Assembly: GCF_964204645.1 (NCBI RefSeq)
Contig: NC_134026.1
Location: 5,975,950-6,039,949 of the forward strand
Origin: Tubulanus polymorphus
Lineage: Eukaryota; Animalia; Nemertea
Length of the DNA stretch: 64,000 bases
Direction: 5' to 3'
The position numbers and the translations under genes were made by a program. Positions 36,234-49,399 of the stretch are shown piece by piece (the stretch's first letter is position 1; every line of letters starts with the position of its first letter). The notes under the pieces are model-generated. The model was not told where the DNA came from, did no database searches, and saw only the letters and a list, made by a program, of their open reading frames with translations.

Positions 36234-38589
36234 ATGGATCGCGAATTGAACAGTATACCACTAGCACCTGTTCTACGAATGAAATTAACAAAAGCTGGAT
36301 TCACAACCGTCAATGATTTGCTTGACATCAAACCATTAGAGCTTAGCAAAGGTAAAAAATGAATTTTTCACTTGTCAAAAGGCAAAAGTTTACTAATTAC
36401 ACCATTTTTTGATTTTTCATAGAGATAGGAATAACTAACGAAGAGGCATTGGACATTCTGAAATTAGCGAGGGGCGATTCGTCGAGTGATGATGAGTGTA
36501 GACTTCAATCTCGTTCGTGTACAGCGCTGGAAATGTTACAAGATGAGCGACAAACTCAGTGCATCGTTACGTTTTCGGAAGCAATTGATTCAATCCTTGG
36601 TGGTGGAATTCCTCTGACAAAGATCACAGAAATATGCGGTGCGCCTGGAGTCGGAAAGACTCAAATGTGGTGAGACAAAATCATCTCTTTCTGCTAAATG
36701 ATAAATGCAATAGCAATGATTTACAGGGTCCCTACAACTCCTTGAATCCTTAGAAATTCTTTCTAAAGTGAAAATGCTTAAAGGTCCTCGAAACTCCTTT
36801 AATTTGAGCAAAATGCCTGAAACTCCTTTAGAACTCCTTCAATTTTGAGAAATGGGCAATTAGAAATGTGTGTCTAGTTTGTAGTTGTACAGTAGAGTAC
36901 GCCTATAAAATCACTATTGGGACCAGGATTTTTTTACCCAATTAGGTGGTCTAATTTTAGGAGTCATTGGGATATGAAAGTGATAAAGACACTTCCTCGA
37001 AATTTTGAAATGTTCTTAAAACTCCTTTTATCCAGAAATGACCGATCTGTAGGGACCCTGATTTACGACATGTATGCTGTTAAATGTGATTATTATCTTT
37101 ATTATAATAACAGTATGCAGCTATGCGTCGATGTTCAATTGCCCGAAAGATTTGGCGGAATTGAAGGTGAAGCTATTTTCATCGATACGGAAGGAAGTTT
37201 CATCGTAGAACGGCTAGTGACAATCGCAAAATCAACTATAGCTCATTGTAATGCTACGGAAGGTATAATTCTAGACGTCATTCATGATGAACCACGTATC
37301 GTACATTTAATCAAGCTATCTATTTGTTCCATCATATTTTGATCTTGATTTTTTTCAGAGTGTAGAGATTTTAATTTGGAATCGGTTTTGAAGGCCGTTT
37401 ATTGTTTTCGTTGCCACGACTATATCGAGTTGGTAGCGCTCATTCATACACTGCCCGATTTTCTCAAAGAACACTCAAAGGTATCGAGCTTAGTTTATTG
37501 CTCGAAACTACTCCTTAGAAATTAAATTTCCAATAATTTTCTTATCTTATATACACATTATACGTAAATATGAATAAACATATTCAATGTACATGAAATA
37601 TGAAAATGTTTGCCGTTCTAAGGATTTCTATAAACTTTTTTTAACAGGTCAAATTGATAGTTGTTGATAGCATTGCCTTCCATTTTCGTCACGATTTTGA
37701 TGACCTGTCTCTGAGAACACGTTTACTGAATGGATTGTCTCAAAGTTTTATCAAACTGGCTGCTTTACAGAAATTGTCGGTGAGTTTCACTTTCGATAAA
37801 TTTTTGCTTTATCACCTTTATCTTCAACTTTATCACCATTGATTTATCATGTTGATGTAGAATATATTTCTGTAAAGCGTTCCAGGTCATTATGAGATTA
37901 GGCTCTATATGTGAATAGTTTTTATTATTGTATTATTATTGTTATTATTATGATTATTATTATCAGGTTGTGTTGACTAATCAAATGACGACAAAGATCA
38001 GTCCCGCTCATCCCGGTGGTTCCTATTTAGTTCCGGCTTTGGGTGAAAGCTGGGGACACGCGTGTACGATCAGACTTATACTTCATTGGGAAAATAAGAC
38101 AAGATACGCAACGCTTTATAAGTCACCATCGATGGCGGAAGCTACCGTTCCTTATCAAATAACGGTAAGCATTTCACTGAAGAGCAAGTTTTGACACTGA
38201 AATCTAACACTTACCACAGCATGACTGGAGTTAATTTCGTTTGAAATGAGTGTACGGCTAAAAGAATTGATGTAGCTTGTTTCTCATTTCTGCTGGGCTT
38301 AAAAGTTGACCCGGCCAGCCATCTATATACCCTGTATATTCTTATAGAAATCACGGTCAAGCTAACTGTAACAGACCCGGCAGCAATAGAAATGAACTGA
38401 TTACAAATTTTATTGCAGAAGTGACCCAGCTGATTATCAGAAACAAGGTATAATTTTTAGCCTAAATTTTAGTGGTCTGATGGCTTGATTCCCATTTTCC
38501 AGATGGGTGGTATAAGAGATATAGAATCCAACTCTATAGAGAATAATGGTCATCCTCCTAAGAAGAAAGCTCGCATAGACAACAACTAG
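36234..38589 (+). CDS. RAD51C: DNA repair protein RAD51 paralog C
   Basis: Walker A GAPGVGKT, then [36 protein letters not shown] and [10 protein letters not shown]-terminal NLS-like PPKKKAR. Stop TAG at 38587-38589. Confidence 0.96.
36724..37060. mobile_element. Non-autonomous DNA transposon, hAT5-like, in a RAD51C intron
   Basis: TIR CAGGGTCCCTACA/TGTAGGGACCCTG. 5-bp TSD ATTTA at 36719-36723 and 37061-37065. Confidence 0.85.
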
Positions 38590-38737
38590 ACCGCCGAAGA
38601 TATTTCCTCAATTCTTAGATTTACATTTAATTCAATCATTATATTACAAATTTTCAAATTTTAAATACAAAAGCGCTTTTTACAGAAAACTATAATTTCT
38701 TAATCATTACGAAACATAAATGTCTATTTACATACAT

Positions 38738-41072
38738 CTACTTCTTTTTGCCTTTACCCGATCCACCACGACTTTTGCCAGCCGGAGTTTTAGCTCCCTC
38801 TACCGTCGCCAATTTTTTCGTCAAAACTTCCTCCGATTGTTTCATTTTATCATCGACGGACAGGCGTAATTTCTTGATTTCGTCTTCCAAATGGGATTTG
38901 ATCATCGCGCGTAGTTCTTTAGCTGCATTGGGCTCATCTGAAATTCATACAAATTCTAATTCTTTCATGCTCTCAGGTGGTAGAAATTCGTTTCTTAGTA
39001 AAAACAACTTAATCCGGATCTGATCAGTTCAAAATGGACATTATTTCATGAGTATTGGGTATGTAAAATATGTTTTTTAATCTGGATTTCTGCATAACGC
39101 TTTTATCTGTCCCAAATGATTCACTAGGTTGAATGTACTGTAATAGACATAATTGCGATAGTGATTTGGGCAATACCAATCCCCAATTTGCGTATTGAAG
39201 CCTAATGCAAACACCAGAAAATGGGAAAGTGATACTCACCAGATTCTTCAGTTTCATCAGGTTTTTCCGATGACTCTTCTACTTCAACCGTTGTCTCTTC
39301 TGGTTGTTCTTCTACATTCTGTTCTGCATCTTGGTCACCGACTGAAACAAAAACCAATAATTGATTATCTCAGAAAAACGTTTCAAAAAAAGGTTAAGTG
39401 AATATTTTATGAAGTGATAGCAGCTTACCTTCAGAAGATGGCGGCGTCACAGGCATACCAGTGTATTGAATTGATAGGTCTAAGCGTACCTGTAGTAAAT
39501 TGAATGAAAAACTTAATTCACTTAATTAGAACTTCAAACTTGGGGCCTTCAACAAACTCGATATCGATCGACATTCAAATCAAGCAGGATCCATTTCCTC
39601 AGTTGTGGGTTAAAATCAGTTCATTTTCAATACATATCTTAGAACTGTGACTGGATCCTAATTGGTATTAAGTAGAGAAAAAGAATTGCTACTAACCAGA
39701 GGCGTAAAAACATATTTGTACATTTTGTAATGTCTGAAATAGGTGTTGATTACGTATTCAGTAATCTTCTTAACTTCTTCGGCTGAGTAGAGATCAATGC
39801 TGTATGGTGGTCTCTGTAGGAAAAAGCATGTATCATAACAACCCTTCAGACAATGAACTACGATAGGAGTTCTATGGAACTACTTAACAGTATTGAAAAA
39901 TAAGACTTACTTTAACTGAATGACAAAGCAACATTTCTCGAAAGTGGCTAAAACACTGGTCAACATTCGCAAATGGGGTCTCTATAAAAGAGCATTAACA
40001 AAATTGGATGAATTTACGAAGCCTAAGTGGGCAGAACTTTGTGAACTTTCAATGGTCTTTTTTCCCCGATCAATTATCTTCACCATCATTTAACCTCTAG
40101 ATCGCTGTAACCTATTGTAGATATTCATTAAAATACCAGTTATTATGAGGCTGATTGTGAAAATCTTTCCAAAAAGAAAACAATCACATCTTAGCGCTAC
40201 CTGTACAAATTTCATGAGTTCTTTTGATCATTGAGAAAAATGCTGACGTCTGTTCTTTACTGAAGTCATTGTCTCGGCTAAACTTCAGGGTATAGAAATA
40301 AAGATCCAGTAAGATATCTGATTTCAGGTTGCTTCCAGCGTCTTCTATTTTGAATATTTCTGCGAATATTCTGCAATTGATAATTTATTAACTTAATTGA
40401 AATAGTGATTTCCAGTTTGAATAGGAAATCGTTACAAAATTACACAACTTCTGGAAATATTGACGAATTTCTACGGTACTGACTGTTTGATTCTTTCTGG
40501 AGATTCAACAGCTTCAAGCCCATCCAAATCGTTTACGCACAAATCTTGCCTGAACCAAAACAAAATGAACAACATAAGACATGGCTCTCAAAAGTCCATA
40601 GGCCTATGACAAACCTATGATTTTCTTTGCAAAACAGATATAATACTTACCATAGTGATACTTGGGCTCTATGTTCTCTGGGCTAAAATGAAAGAATATC
40701 GAATGGTACTTTTGACACTTAATTTTGTTAGCTATTGGTCTTCAAATCTGAAACAGTCTCACAGGGGCATTTTGAATGAATTGAAAATGAAATTGAAAAG
40801 ATTTCTTTTTCCTATACAGGGATTTTTTACAACAATAATTTGTACTTAAGCCTACAATTCTTTCATGTTACTGGATATGGGAGATGAGTCAAGAGAATCA
40901 ATTAATTGATAAACTAAAGGAGTAAACAGAGGGTCTCACAAATAAAGATGAAATTCAAACTGTGAGGAAAAGGGATAAATTATGAATTATTTCAGTTGTC
41001 GATCTTTCTAACCTGTATGATTTTTGGAGCAGTATCAGCGTCGGCAATCTGTGCGGGGTTAATCTGCACCAT
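38738..41072 (-). CDS. CFAP119: Cilia- and flagella-associated protein 119 (CCDC189, central pair C1a-32 family)
   Basis: Spliced exons read ILLDLYFYTLKFSRDNDFSKEQTSAFFSMIK...LLCHSVKRPPYSIDLYS...YVINTYFRHYKMYKYVFTP. Confidence 0.88.
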
Positions 41073-41191
41073 GTTTGGCAGTTTTATTTGTGAATGATCG
41101 CGAAAAACATGCGATAAAACGATAGAAAAACAACAGCAGAACTGTCAAACTCTGACATCCAGGAAGTGAAACTATGACGACTGTAAACATG

Positions 41192-41210
41192 GTGGCAGCA
41201 CTGTACGGTA
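41192..41210 (+). promoter_or_regulatory. Recurrent promoter-proximal motif GGCAGCACNGTACGGT (also at 47282-47300 + and 53745-53764 -)
   Basis: Three near-identical 16-mers, each upstream of a gene start (CFAP119; TBL2/Tctex; HINT3). Confidence 0.6.
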
Positions 41211-42600
41211 CCCCAGTCTGCGTAGCGGTTATTTTTCATACCAAATCGCCATCAATTTATTAGTGAGGACCGTCTTTCACTTGTTAATATCCTTGAAATC
41301 CATTTTTGTTTTCGATTTAAAGATCTGTATCCGTTCTTTTCGATATTTCGAGCTAAACCTTAAAATATCTGATCCCAACAAACAACGTTAAAAGAATGGA
41401 AATCTTAGTATCAGCCATCAAATATCATATATCATGCATTGAATCGACAAAAACAGGATAATTGTATGGAAATAAATTGTTTATTCAAATATCTTTTTAT
41501 TACAAATATTTACTTCTCGAGGGAACAATGCACACTATTTGAAATCTTAAAATTAAAGTTCGGACAGCATGATTTACATCCCTGACATTTTTGCTGAGAA
41601 AAATGGTGCAACCACTGAAAACTCTTGAATATATGAAAGAATGTTGACACTTCACCGCAATGCTCCCTTTAAAAGCTTAAGTAACAATAAAACATTTAAC
41701 AAATGCAATTATACCGGGTCAACGTATAACTTCTCAATTGTATTGCATGCACTCTGTTCTGGATACATGTTTAATTCAGCCTAAAATAATCCATTGCCAT
41801 TAATCATGTACTAATAGAATGAATGTACAGTCAATGTCTGTTATATTAAACCATCATCAGTACCAAAAATATGGCATTTTACATAAAAGTGTTTTAAAGT
41901 ATTCTCATTGAATTTAAGGCATATTTGTGAGATTTGGCATATTTGTTCTCTGAAGAATGTTGGTGTTAAAAAGTAAGCACTCGCTTTAAAAAGCTGTTGT
42001 TACATATAACAGGCCTTGCCAGTAGTTTTTATTTCAAGTCTGAATTTCAAATGTGACCTAAAACGATCCAACCATCACCAAAGCGATCAAACGTCTATGT
42101 CGGTAGTCGTGTGAACTACAATAGACAAAGAACAGGGTCAGTTGCTCAAGAGATAGTGGAGATAATGGATAGTTTGTAATGGTGACAATAAAAACTCCAT
42201 TGCTATCAGTTACCTGATGGTGTTAACTCAGAAGAACTTTTGAGCAACTGACCGCAGGCCCAGTTCCACAGTTGTAGGTAAGATTTCAAAAATTCCATTG
42301 TCTAAACGAAAAGATTCGTAGAGGAGCCGTGTTAATCCGTTGTAGAATAAATACGACAAGATAGATAGCACATGTACTTTACAGGTTAACTAGTTTATTC
42401 AAAGTACGAGCTTTCGCTAATTCAAATAAACAAGTTAACCTATAAAATACTATCCTTCTCGTTTTACAATGTCTATGTGAGTTCATTTCCAATTACTTTG
42501 TCTTAGTGTTTCATATCCTAACGAACAACAACTGTAGAACTGAGTCGAGGGTTGATATTTTTTAAGCACCCTATATTTTTAGAATAAAACTTTGAAGAAT

Positions 42601-45600
42601 TTATGGCGTCTTCTGAGAAACGGTCTCCAGCAGGTTTTCCAAATATTTCCTAAAAATAGAAAAGTGTAGTTTCAGAACCCGCCCTGAATTTTTCGTTTAA
42701 TCTTCAAAATCATCACCAAATTCCCTCGTCAAATCTTACCTCGCCTCGTCTAATTGCGGCGATAATCGTTCTCGGATACTGTGAGTTTTCGCTTTCATTT
42801 TTTTCTCGGTCAAATCGGCGACTTTCGCCTGAGCGCCGGGAATGTTATAGAATACGCAGATATGCCGATCTCCGGTATATACGATGTATTTGCTGCCTTG
42901 ATCGTAAGCCACTTCAGTTATTTCATCTGAAAACGAAAAGGTAAAACGTTCAGGCTAAAGGTAGTAATAGCAGTTTTGGTAATATCCATAGCATGGCATC
43001 GATAGCAATTAAGGATTCTGTTGTTAATCGTGACAATAAACGAGGATCGAACGGGCGATGATAGTGCACATTTGGAAAACTGATTTCCTCTCAGACTGAA
43101 TTAAAATCTATCCATTTTTTTTCAAATTCTATGTAGTGTCCCCGGGCAAGACACTTATCCTCATTGCCTCTCTCCACCCAGGAGTAAATGGGTACCTGGC
43201 CTGATATATGACTCCTGAGCGTTTGTAAGCAGCTCGGTGTTACTTCTCCCCAGGGAGAGATGACTGATACATGTTAGAGTATAAAATTGGCCGGGGTAAT
43301 AATATCGAAAAATGTAAAGCGCTCTGAGCAGCCTGGCTGGATTTAGCGCTATATAAACCACATATTATTATATTATTATTATGAATGATGAATTAAATCT
43401 CGCGCTCTGTATGATGATCAACCCAATTTGGCAAGAGACAAGATTAGCTTAATATTCTATGTGTGATAATGAACTCAATTTTGGCAGAGTTGTCCTATTG
43501 TTACATTGGCCATATCTGGCAGAATAGCTAGTGGCAAGGGGTACTCATTTTAATATCAACCCTACACAGACCTAACTACCTGAAATTCTTTATGGGAGTA
43601 TTTGAAACTGAAATAAGATTAATTTGACATCGAAATAAAAATTAACTAGAAATCTATTTGATTTTGAGCAAATTTTTGATATTTTGAGAATGATTGAGCC
43701 CTAAAATAATAGCAGTAGTCAGTTCATCCCTATATCAAAAGCGATTTTAACGATGATGGTAATGACAAAATAAAATCTAAACCCACCGGCATGCACGTTC
43801 TCATATGTGACGGCTAAGTTTCCGGACACGGTGTTAAAAACTGTGAGCGTTTTTCCAGTGGCGATCACGCACGACAAACCATCGGGAGCCAGAGTGATCG
43901 TACTAAGTCCGGGTGATACGAATTTTCCTGTATGCAACAGATACGGTTCTTGTCCTAACTGATATTCAACTGAAATTCAATGAAATGTACTCAGATATAA
44001 TTCAAGCGTAGAATCTCAGGACCAGGAATAACACGCCATTAAAGAATATAATTTCACAAAGAATAGTATTTTTATTGAATACGAGATAAGATTCATATAC
44101 ATGTGGATCAGATCCGCTAGATTATTAAAAGGTTTTTGTTAATTAACCATTAAATGGTTTTTGTTGGTCTCAAATTTTGAGACCAACAAAATCCATCTTG
44201 TTTATGAGAAATCCACATTTAACTTCATATTTTACTCGTGTAAATTTATGTATAGGTAGACCATAAATAATGCCCAAATTAGATCAAAACCAAAATCAAT
44301 CCCGATTAAGCAAGTTTGACTGCATTTGTTAAATGTTGGCATCAAAAAGGATGACGTTATGATAAACTTTGATTGTATCAGAACAATGTTTCAAGGAACA
44401 ACTTACTGTTCGTATCCCAGAATTTCCAGGTTCCATCTTTGGCTACGGAAGCCATTCTGAAAAGTGTATAAATTCAACTTAAAAATGGAAGATATCGAGT
44501 TGAGAACCTGGTTAATTGGAGGCCATTCCTAAACTGATTATAAACTAGTTTTCCAAATCGATAGAAGATATGGAGTTGACCGTTAATAATTGAGCAATCA
44601 TCAGGAATTACCGGGTAGAGTCGTTCGAAAAGGAAAACGAGTAGATTCCGGCGTTGTGTCCTTTCAGTTCGAACGCTCGTGAAACTTCTTTAAACGATGA
44701 CGTCTTATCGAAAACGACCGACCAGACTTTAACGTCCGGCGTGAAACCGGACGAACCGACGAATCTGCCACACGGCGATATTACGCAACACGAATTCGAC
44801 ATTTGATGAGTATCGATTTTAGCTAAAATCTCTCCTGCAACGAACAATTCAAAAACGATGTACATGAATAACCAAACAAAAATATTTTGATCTCTGCAAT
44901 CGACGCAGCTAAGTAATTGACTTTACCTTTTAAATCCCATAAAATAATAGTAGTATCTTTATACGCAGTCATAATAAACTTCCCATTGCTTGCAATTCCG
45001 ATCTTGAAAATCTCACAATTACCATGTTCCTGAAAATAGTCCGGTGCACACTAAATTCACAATTTTTCTAGGGGCAACGACGAGAAGAGCGAATCCACAT
45101 GCTAAACGATCAGCAGCAAACGTGTTTGGAAAAGGTATCGAAAATGATATTGGCCAACCCGTGGGAACCCTGTACAGTTTAACTAATACTTTGCTTCATT
45201 TTTTACCATAAGTTCTTAGGAAAGCATTATTAGCATACCTGAGGGAAATCAAGAACAGCGGTGATATTTCCAGGCGTTCCATCGTCTTTCTTTCCAATCT
45301 TATAAACTCGTATCGTATTTGCATAGTACAGACTAACAATAAATGCTCTGAAAATCGAGAAAGAAGAAATTCGCTTTCAACTTGTGAATCATGAAAAAGC
45401 TGAGGAAGAGCAAATTTGCTTTCAGAATTGACACATGTCAAACCGGATACTTAAATCGCTTACTTTCCAGATACAGTACCTGCGGTGAACTAATTCACAA
45501 TTTTTTAAAATATTTCTCCCTAAAAATATTGAATTCATACGAACAGACTCTCTGGCCACTGGCCCCACTCTTACCTTGAATCAGGACTGAATTTGATTTT

Positions 45601-46838
45601 TGTAGCGTGGTCCAATTCCACGTTACTTCGTATTGACTTGTGTTCCTTTTGCGCAAAGTCTTTGACGCTCCAAAGGTAAACTGTGCGATCTGCAACGAAA
45701 AAGTTACATTACAAAATCTTTAAAAATCCTGATAATACGTATAAAGCGGATTCAGTGACCATAAGTTATCAAATTCCAGGAGCCATTTGCTCTAAAGTAC
45801 TTTAAGGTTAACCCATCGCATTAATTGCACGGTTACAACCCTGTTTCAACTGGTTAATTTCAACAACCAACTTTCGAACAACTGGGCCCAGATTTTTTTC
45901 GTAATTGGTCGACTTTCAAAACAACAAGTGAAACAAACCTTCAGCACACGATATTAAATATTTGTTGTTAACGCTAAAATCAAGACCGAGCACATTTCCA
46001 CCGTGTCCTTTCAATGTTCCAGCCAGCCATGGATGGCTAAACGAATGCTTCACCACTCTATTTGACGGCTTAGCTTTTTTCGATTGCGGAGGGGGCGCTT
46101 TCTTTTTTGAATGCGAAACTCCATTGGTCTGATTTTTTCCTGCAAAGTAAATAGATAAAAATTGTGTTTTGGCAGTCATGAGTCGGGAAGGTACCACCAA
46201 AACTGACTGACCTAGGCCACGTCCTCTTAAGTCAAGTTGAAATAGACAATAGTCTAGTATCCGTTGTTTGGTTATAATGAACCCTAACGTTTGGTATTCA
46301 GATAGTCAGTAACTTGTCTGTCGAATATTTTCACAAACCACATATTTATTGGTATTCGTTGGTATAAGCCCATCCCATTATAAAAAGCTTACCACCAACG
46401 ATTAGGTAACTAACTATGACTACCTCTGGCTCTGCCCCTCCCTGGCTCTGCTCACGACACCGCCACTCAGGTCTATTAGTAGTGGCAGGATTGTGGGCCA
46501 GATTTCGTGTTGTGGCTGAGAGTCTAGCGATGCCATCAGGTTTGAATCGCCGGGGAGGATGGTCGGTGGAATACTGATGCTGGATATTGTGAGGATGATC
46601 GTAGTTACAGCAGTGTATGAGGCGAAAAACCCGTGATTTCCTTCTTGATCGGGACATTTTGTTTGATAATTTAAGGGCTCAAGACAACGAAGGAAGTGTT
46701 CGCAAATATACCTTTGCGCTTTTTGGAAACACTGAGACTTTTTCGAACGTTGCACAGCAGTACCAGGAGCAGAATAACAGCACCAACAGCGGCTGTAACT
46801 GCAATGACCGGCACCTGATCGACGACTTGATCTTCCAT
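42601..46838 (-). CDS. TBL2: Transducin beta-like protein 2 (ER-anchored WD40 protein)
   Basis: N-terminal transmembrane segment VPVIAVTAAVGAVILLLVLLC, then FSHPWLAGTLKGH, SPCGRFVGSSGFTPDVKVW and AFELKGHNAG. C-terminal coiled coil. Stop at 42601-42603. Confidence 0.93.
43133..43380 (+). mobile_element. CORE-like SINE body with an L2-type 3' tail
   Basis: GGGCAAGACACTT...CTCTCCACCCAGGAGTAAATGGGTACC core and a TGTAAAGCGCT...GCGCTATATAAA(TAT)n tail. Confidence 0.7.
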
Positions 46839-47819
46839 GTTGTCTTCACGCGAGATAATGCGAGATTTGAGAAACACTAAAGCGGAAACGTCGTATACAA
46901 AATCTTACAATTTATTCAGTATTGAGCAATATTTTCAGCCAAACTATACGTTGATTAATAATAAAAATAATTCATTTTAAATTAAGTGACATCTTAAAAG
47001 AAAATGTTCGTGTCAAGCGAACGAATCTTTATCTACGTTTCGTATAGCAGTTTTAGTTACGCTAAGAGGTGACGTAGAAGACACTTTGACATTTAGCAGA
47101 CGCTACAAATTCATGTAATTCTTTCTAATCTGCTTTAAATTTAAACTCCTTTTCGTTCAAATTCTCCTTATCGAGCCATTTTTGCGCAGTTAAAAAACGG
47201 TCATCGTTTTCAGGAGTTTTATAACCCCACAAATGAATTAAACAGTACAAAAATTAAGTTCGCTCTAGATTTTTTAACTTCGTGGCAGCACCGTACGGTG
47301 TTTTAAGCTTACGATTGATTTTTACGGGCCGGGTCGAAATTGTCGCGTGAATTTAAACGTTTTTAAAAAAATAGGAAAATAAAAAATACACATAATAAAC
47401 CAATGCAAAATATGATGAAGTTCTCCTTGAACGTTTGAAAATCTAACTTTAATTCCCAATTCTGATGCTTTTTTTGATTGCCCACAATTTTTGGGGAGGG
47501 GGTGGGTGAGATTCTTTAAAAATCACGACGTTACCCAATCTAGGGTCTATGGAATATTCAATTTAATCAATGTCTGTTAAACATGAAAATCGTCCGATGA
47601 ATGATCCGGTTCACATATGTAACCTTACTGTTCATGTGTTTACTTTTTTAATCGATTTTTTTTTACAATAGCAGAATTTCATTTATCGATAAATGAGATT
47701 ATATCAACAAAAAGATAGTTAAGGTATGCAAACATACACACGTATCGACTCTGACCTCAAACCACTTCTAGACTATTAACGAAGCGAATAACATTCTTTT
47801 TTTCAGCCAGAAAAAGAAA

Positions 47820-49399
47820 ATGGATGAAGATTTCACAGGCGCAATAAATCAGAAAGCTTCGAGAAGAGGCAGTTTATTCGAGGTTCCAGCGCATTTCAAA
47901 CCTGTACCATGCGGTTCCAGCATCACTTCTTTCGCCTTCGAACCCAGAATGAACGAAGAGTTCCACGAGGGAATTCCGAAACCACATCGAAAGGTACGCA
48001 TAATAGCCGGGTGTTTATATATTTTCAGCAGGCGTTTTTTTTTCTAAATCCAAATTGCTAACTTTTCTAGGTAGTGCTCGAAAATACATTTCAAATGGAG
48101 CCACCGAAAAAGTTTCAAGCTGAGAAAGTAAAAAAGATCATCGAAGAAGTTCTCAATACTCATCTCGAAGGTAATGAGGATATTTAGATTTTGCAACCAT
48201 AAATAGGATGTGCATGAGTTAACAGATGTAAAGTTCCAGATGAAATGTAATACAGAATAATGTAAACATTTAGACAGATCAAATTCCTTAGAAAAACACG
48301 CAATCTTCGGGAAGGCAGTTTTTAATTTCAAAAGAGGTTATAAAGAGATACATGGACGAATTAATCACACTCGACAAATAAGATTAAATGCACCTTCACG
48401 CAATCTTCGGGAAGGCCTACTTTTTCATCATAAAAGAGGTTATTAAGATACATAGGATGAATTAATCGCACTCCACAAAATAAGATCAAATGCAATACTC
48501 CATTATTCTAGGTCAGGCCTACGACGCATCCCAGTGCAGCACGAAAGCAAGGGCACTTTCTCAACAGATCAAAGCAATGGTTAAAGAGCTCGACTTCAAA
48601 AGGCAAGCGACATCAAAAGACGTCGACTCTTTTTATTTAACGTTGTTAGAGGATTTCTTTTATATTTTTGGAAACTTCGCTGGTCGGTCTATTTGAATAA
48701 ATCTATACTGCACCTGAATCGCCAAGGTCTGACTAGCATCTCAACTGGCTACACGCTGACAACATCATATTTACTCGTTCCTTTTTACTAAACGTCGAGA
48801 AGTTGGCTCTACACGCGTATGGCTAGCAGAGACACTTTTTGATTCGAAATTAAATTTGTGCGTTTACAGCTTGATGTAATAAGAAGTTTCCAGTTTAGGC
48901 GCCATAATGTGGCGGTCATTCGCTCGATTAACTTATCCGTGCGTCATTCCAAAGCAAATCAATGCTGGGGACCTCGAGGGAACGCCAGGAAACATAGAAA
49001 CCGGAAACTCCTTTATCATCTTAACAAGATAATTACTCTAAGGTTACATAAAACCACGATGTATATATGTCGGTCCCAGTCCCGGTGATTTTCCAATGAA
49101 TACCTCCAAAATCAAGAAATGTTTTTCCCTCGTTTCGTGCAGTTTTTGTCTACCGGTATAGTCGTACATTACGTTGTAATATGTTGTAGTTTGTAAGTGA
49201 CGGTAAAATTGTCGTCATTTTTTTCATATACAGATACAAGATCATAGCGTTGGTTAGTATCGGCGAGAAGAAGGACCAGGACGTCAGAGCGGGCAGTCGT
49301 TGTATATGGGACGTTAATCGGGATACTTATGCCTCGGCTTCCTATGAAAATCGTCAGATCTGGGCCGTAGGCACCGTGTACGGTATCTACTACGAATAA
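47820..49399 (+). CDS. Tctex1-domain dynein light chain (TCTEX1D1/DYNLT5-like); exons 47820-47993, 48071-48170, 48512-48602, 49234-49399
   Basis: ENTFQMEP...RYKIIALVSIGE...SRCIWD...DTYASASYEN...AVGTVYGIYYE* Tctex-1 signature. Confidence 0.9.
48295..48492. repeat. Intronic tandem duplication, about 100-bp unit
   Basis: CACGCAATCTTCGGGAAGGC...AAAAGAGGTTAT...AATAAGAT.AAATGCA occurs twice. Confidence 0.8.

Noticed and set aside
46346-46880. Cluster of overlapping 87-111 aa ORFs as a new gene
   Set aside because: Explained by TBL2 exon 1 plus intronic repeat sequence; no recognisable domain.
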